NCBI GenBank assembly: GCA_014239955.1
Contig: JAAZXW010000019.1
Coordinates: forward strand, 53,298-117,297
DNA length: 64,000 bases
Origin: Methanobacteriota archaeon
GTDB taxonomy: Archaea > Thermoplasmatota > Poseidoniia > Poseidoniales > Thalassarchaeaceae
Reading direction: 5' to 3'
The position numbers and the translations under genes were made by a program. Of this stretch, positions 61,560 to 64,000 are shown piece by piece. Below the pieces are notes generated by a model that was not told the origin of the DNA, made no database searches, and saw only the letters and a program-made list of their open reading frames with translations. How positions within the stretch are numbered: the stretch's first letter is position 1; each line of letters begins with the position of its first letter.

Positions 61560-61974
61560 TGTTTCCCTCCATTTTGAAGTCAACACTCGCTGAGTTAATG
61601 CAATACCTCTCCCCTCCGAATTCCAGTGGTCCGTCATCAAATATGTGTCCCAAGTGTGCATCACAACTTCCACATCTGACCTCTACTCTTAGCATTCCGA
61701 GGGTCGTGTCTTCCAGTCTTCTTATCCTCGCGTCTTTGTGCTCGGCATGGAATGCGGGCCACCCGCATTGAGAGAGGAATTTCATCTCTGATGTGAAAAG
61801 CAAGTGATCGCAGCATATGCAATGATAATCGCCATCCCTAACCTCAAGGTTATACACACCAGTGTTAGGCCTCTCAGTACCAGCTTCACGAGTTACAAAA
61901 TATTGGAGATCCGTAAGACGCAGTCGCCACTCGGAATCTCTCTCGGGATCTAATCTCGGATGCTTGTCGTTCAT
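61549..61974 (-). CDS. msrB: Peptide methionine (R)-sulfoxide reductase
   Basis: GTERP, CICC, CGWPAF, RVEVRCGSCDAHLGHIFDDGP, RYCINS. Confidence 0.95.
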   Translation of the reverse strand: MNDKHPRLDPERDSEWRLRLTDLQYFVTREAGTERPNTGVYNLEVRDGDYHCICCDHLLFTSEMKFLSQCGWPAFHAEHKDARIRRLEDTTLGMLRVEVRCGSCDAHLGHIFDDGPLEFGGERYCINSASVDFKMEGNNDN

Positions 61975-62750
61975 GACGATTCCTCATGTTTCCTCTGTTC
62001 AAATTGTGCGTTTGCAAGCGCTGCTTCCCAACCGTCGGTGTATTGGACTGGATCCTCAGTCCCAATAGTATGGAAGGCCAGGATCCTCTCAACATCAGCA
62101 CCAGACTTCCCTGAGCTCCTCCCCGTATCATCTGGGTTGTATGATGTATTTGTGTTCTTGAATACAGTTTCAAAGTCTAAATCAAGGGATGATATTGAGT
62201 CTCGAGCATCTTCAAGGATGCTGACCTTCGTCCCTTCTATGTATGGCAAGTGGAAAGAAATGCGCTCACTACCCCAGTTACCTATCGAAAGGGCTTTCTC
62301 GAGCGCCTCGTAGAACTCTGGCCTGCAGTCTGGGTAAATTTCGTGATCGCCACTATGAACCCCAAGTGCTATGGTCACGTCGGTTTGTTCGCTATTCGAG
62401 ATGCTCAGTGCGTGCCCATACATAATGGACGAGAAGATTGCATTTCTGTTGGGAACAACAGTATGCTTCATTTGTTCGGACTCGTAATGCCCCTCAGGGA
62501 CTGATATTTCGTCACTAGTCAGAGCCGAATTTAGTGAGTACATGGCAGACTTTAGATCGATAACGATATGATCGACAAAAATTCCATTATTTCGCAGATA
62601 TTCGATATTTGCCTTAGCTCTGTCTATCTCTATCGAGTGCTTCTGTCCATAATCGTAAGTAAGGCAGGTAATCTCATAGCCATCAGCTAGCATCCTCATC
62701 AGGAGAGCCGTGCTGTCCATTCCACCTGAGAGGGACATCAATGCGCGCAA
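61971..62750 (-). CDS. queC: 7-cyano-7-deazaguanine synthase (Zn-cysteine-less variant)
   Basis: SGGMDS, YGQKH, VPNRNAIF, YPDCRPEF. Confidence 0.92.
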   Translation of the reverse strand: MRALMSLSGGMDSTALLMRMLADGYEITCLTYDYGQKHSIEIDRAKANIEYLRNNGIFVDHIVIDLKSAMYSLNSALTSDEISVPEGHYESEQMKHTVVPNRNAIFSSIMYGHALSISNSEQTDVTIALGVHSGDHEIYPDCRPEFYEALEKALSIGNWGSERISFHLPYIEGTKVSILEDARDSISSLDLDFETVFKNTNTSYNPDDTGRSSGKSGADVERILAFHTIGTEDPVQYTDGWEAALANAQFEQRKHEESS

Positions 62751-62751
62751 A

Positions 62752-63348
62752 TTAGAGCACCCCCATCCACTTGTGGGTCTGGAGACTCAGTCGCCAACCA
62801 GGGTTTCTCTTCACGACTTGCTCAACTTTCCTGAACGAGAGGCCATTTTGCTCTACTGAGTCACCCTCGATGTAACATGGTTGTATGAAATGGTGATCGA
62901 AACCAGACTTGAGATTATCATACATCAACAAGTCCTGGCCGCAATATACTACTTTCAGCTCGTCACCAGTTCGTTGTATAATTGATATATTTGGATAAAG
63001 TTGGTCCTTTGGACTAATGCAAATCCAATCAATTATTGGATCAATAGGAAGAGTACCATTGGACTCTATGGAGAGGGTGAGGCCGTGCTCCTTCAGAGAT
63101 TTTCCAATTGTTGAGAGATCCTGCATTGCTGGCTCTCCACCTGTGAAAATCACTCTGTCACAATTGAATGAAAGAACCCTATGTACAATTTCATCCAAGC
63201 CCATCTCTTCGTATTTCATGAAATCAGTGTCGCACCAATCGCAGCGAAGATTGCATTTTCCAAATCGGACGAACACGTGAGGGACTCCGGAGTGAAACCC
63301 TTCGCCCTGAACAGAATGGAAAATCTCCACTACAGGGTAATTCAGCAA
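62752..63348 (-). CDS. queE: 7-carboxy-7-deazaguanine synthase (radical SAM)
   Basis: EIFHSVQGEG, CNLRCDWCDT, TGGEP, SPK, LSLQTHK. Confidence 0.93.
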   Translation of the reverse strand: MLNYPVVEIFHSVQGEGFHSGVPHVFVRFGKCNLRCDWCDTDFMKYEEMGLDEIVHRVLSFNCDRVIFTGGEPAMQDLSTIGKSLKEHGLTLSIESNGTLPIDPIIDWICISPKDQLYPNISIIQRTGDELKVVYCGQDLLMYDNLKSGFDHHFIQPCYIEGDSVEQNGLSFRKVEQVVKRNPGWRLSLQTHKWMGVL

Positions 63349-63352
63349 ATTT

Positions 63353-63940
63353 TCACCCCCGGACTGGTTCTGAACGAATTAATTGCAGAAGCTCAGATCT
63401 AGCCTCGGACTTCTCGAAGAAGACTCCTCGCATTGAACTGGTTGTCATTACTGAATTCTGCTTTTTCACTCCACGGCATTTCATACAACCATGTTGTGCC
63501 TCAATAATCACCGCGCAACCGAGAGGCTTGAGAATAGATTCAATGTCATTGGCGACCGAATGAGTAATTCTCTCTTGGTTCTGAAGTCGCTTAGAGTGCA
63601 TGTCAAGAAGTCGTGCGAGTTTGCTAATTCCCACTATTCGATCCACTGGAATATATGCTACATGTCCACGGCCGGTGAATGGTTGGAGATGATGCTCGCA
63701 GGTGCTTTGGAACTCGATATCTCGTAGTAGCACTATTCCATCATATCCCTCGGAGTTGAATGTGGAATCGAGGATTTCGTTTGCATCATCGGAGTAACCA
63801 GAGAATATCTCATCAAATGATTCGATTACTCTTTCAGGAGTATTTTGCAACCCCTCCCTGAGGCTAGAATTGCACTTCTCAATGTACCTGATGAGTACCT
63901 CTACTGCTTCCACGGCCTCATTTCTTTCGGGATTATTCAT
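63353..63940 (-). CDS. folE: GTP cyclohydrolase I (FolE type)
   Basis: TPERV, STCEHHLQPF, GISKLAR, RLQNQER, HGCMKCRGV. Confidence 0.95.
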   Translation of the reverse strand: MNNPERNEAVEAVEVLIRYIEKCNSSLREGLQNTPERVIESFDEIFSGYSDDANEILDSTFNSEGYDGIVLLRDIEFQSTCEHHLQPFTGRGHVAYIPVDRIVGISKLARLLDMHSKRLQNQERITHSVANDIESILKPLGCAVIIEAQHGCMKCRGVKKQNSVMTTSSMRGVFFEKSEARSELLQLIRSEPVRG

Positions 63941-64000
63941 TCTTCCAACCTTCCATGTCTGTGATCAATTTCGTCAAGTTGATCCAACATCTTCCTGCAT
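63937..64000 (-). CDS. 3' end of an upstream gene entering the window
   Basis: Open frame ...CRKMLDQLDEIDHRHGRLEE* whose TGA overlaps the folE ATG (ATGA). Confidence 0.45.
   Translation of the reverse strand, partial: CRKMLDQLDEIDHRHGRLEE

Noticed and set aside
61110-63940. Deazaguanine DNA-modification (dpd) defence island
   Set aside because: No dpdA/tgt-like or dpdB-K genes in the window; the context is housekeeping, so tRNA archaeosine supply is the simpler explanation.

Overview
Gene-dense archaeal chromosomal window. Archaeal informational genes (PriS, PsmB, aCPSF1, EndA, ZPR1, SRP RNA, S19e/L39e/L31e/S17e) sit alongside many bacterial-type metabolic genes (ThyA-DHFR, PlsC, PntAB, class 2 PyrD, FolE, YgfZ, YdeP/FdhD). 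This mix suggests Marine Group II Euryarchaeota (Poseidoniales), which is an inference. It holds about 65 CDSs, tRNA-Pro(TGG) and the SRP RNA. I saw no CRISPR array, rRNA, integrase or transposase. Main leads: (1) the truncated gene at the left edge closely resembles the linker and second half of eukaryotic deoxyhypusine hydroxylase (DOHH), an enzyme not recognised in archaea; (2) a ~0.8 kb integrase-free array of three micro-genes after tRNA-Pro, with 28-bp direct repeats and inverted and direct copies of the tRNA 3' end; (3) a (CG)n Z-DNA-prone tract in the divergent topA/pyrD promoter; (4) an EF-hand/polyproline protein and several enzymes with remodelled motifs. All calls come from motif recognition by eye; no searches were run, and several start codons are adjusted by judgement.
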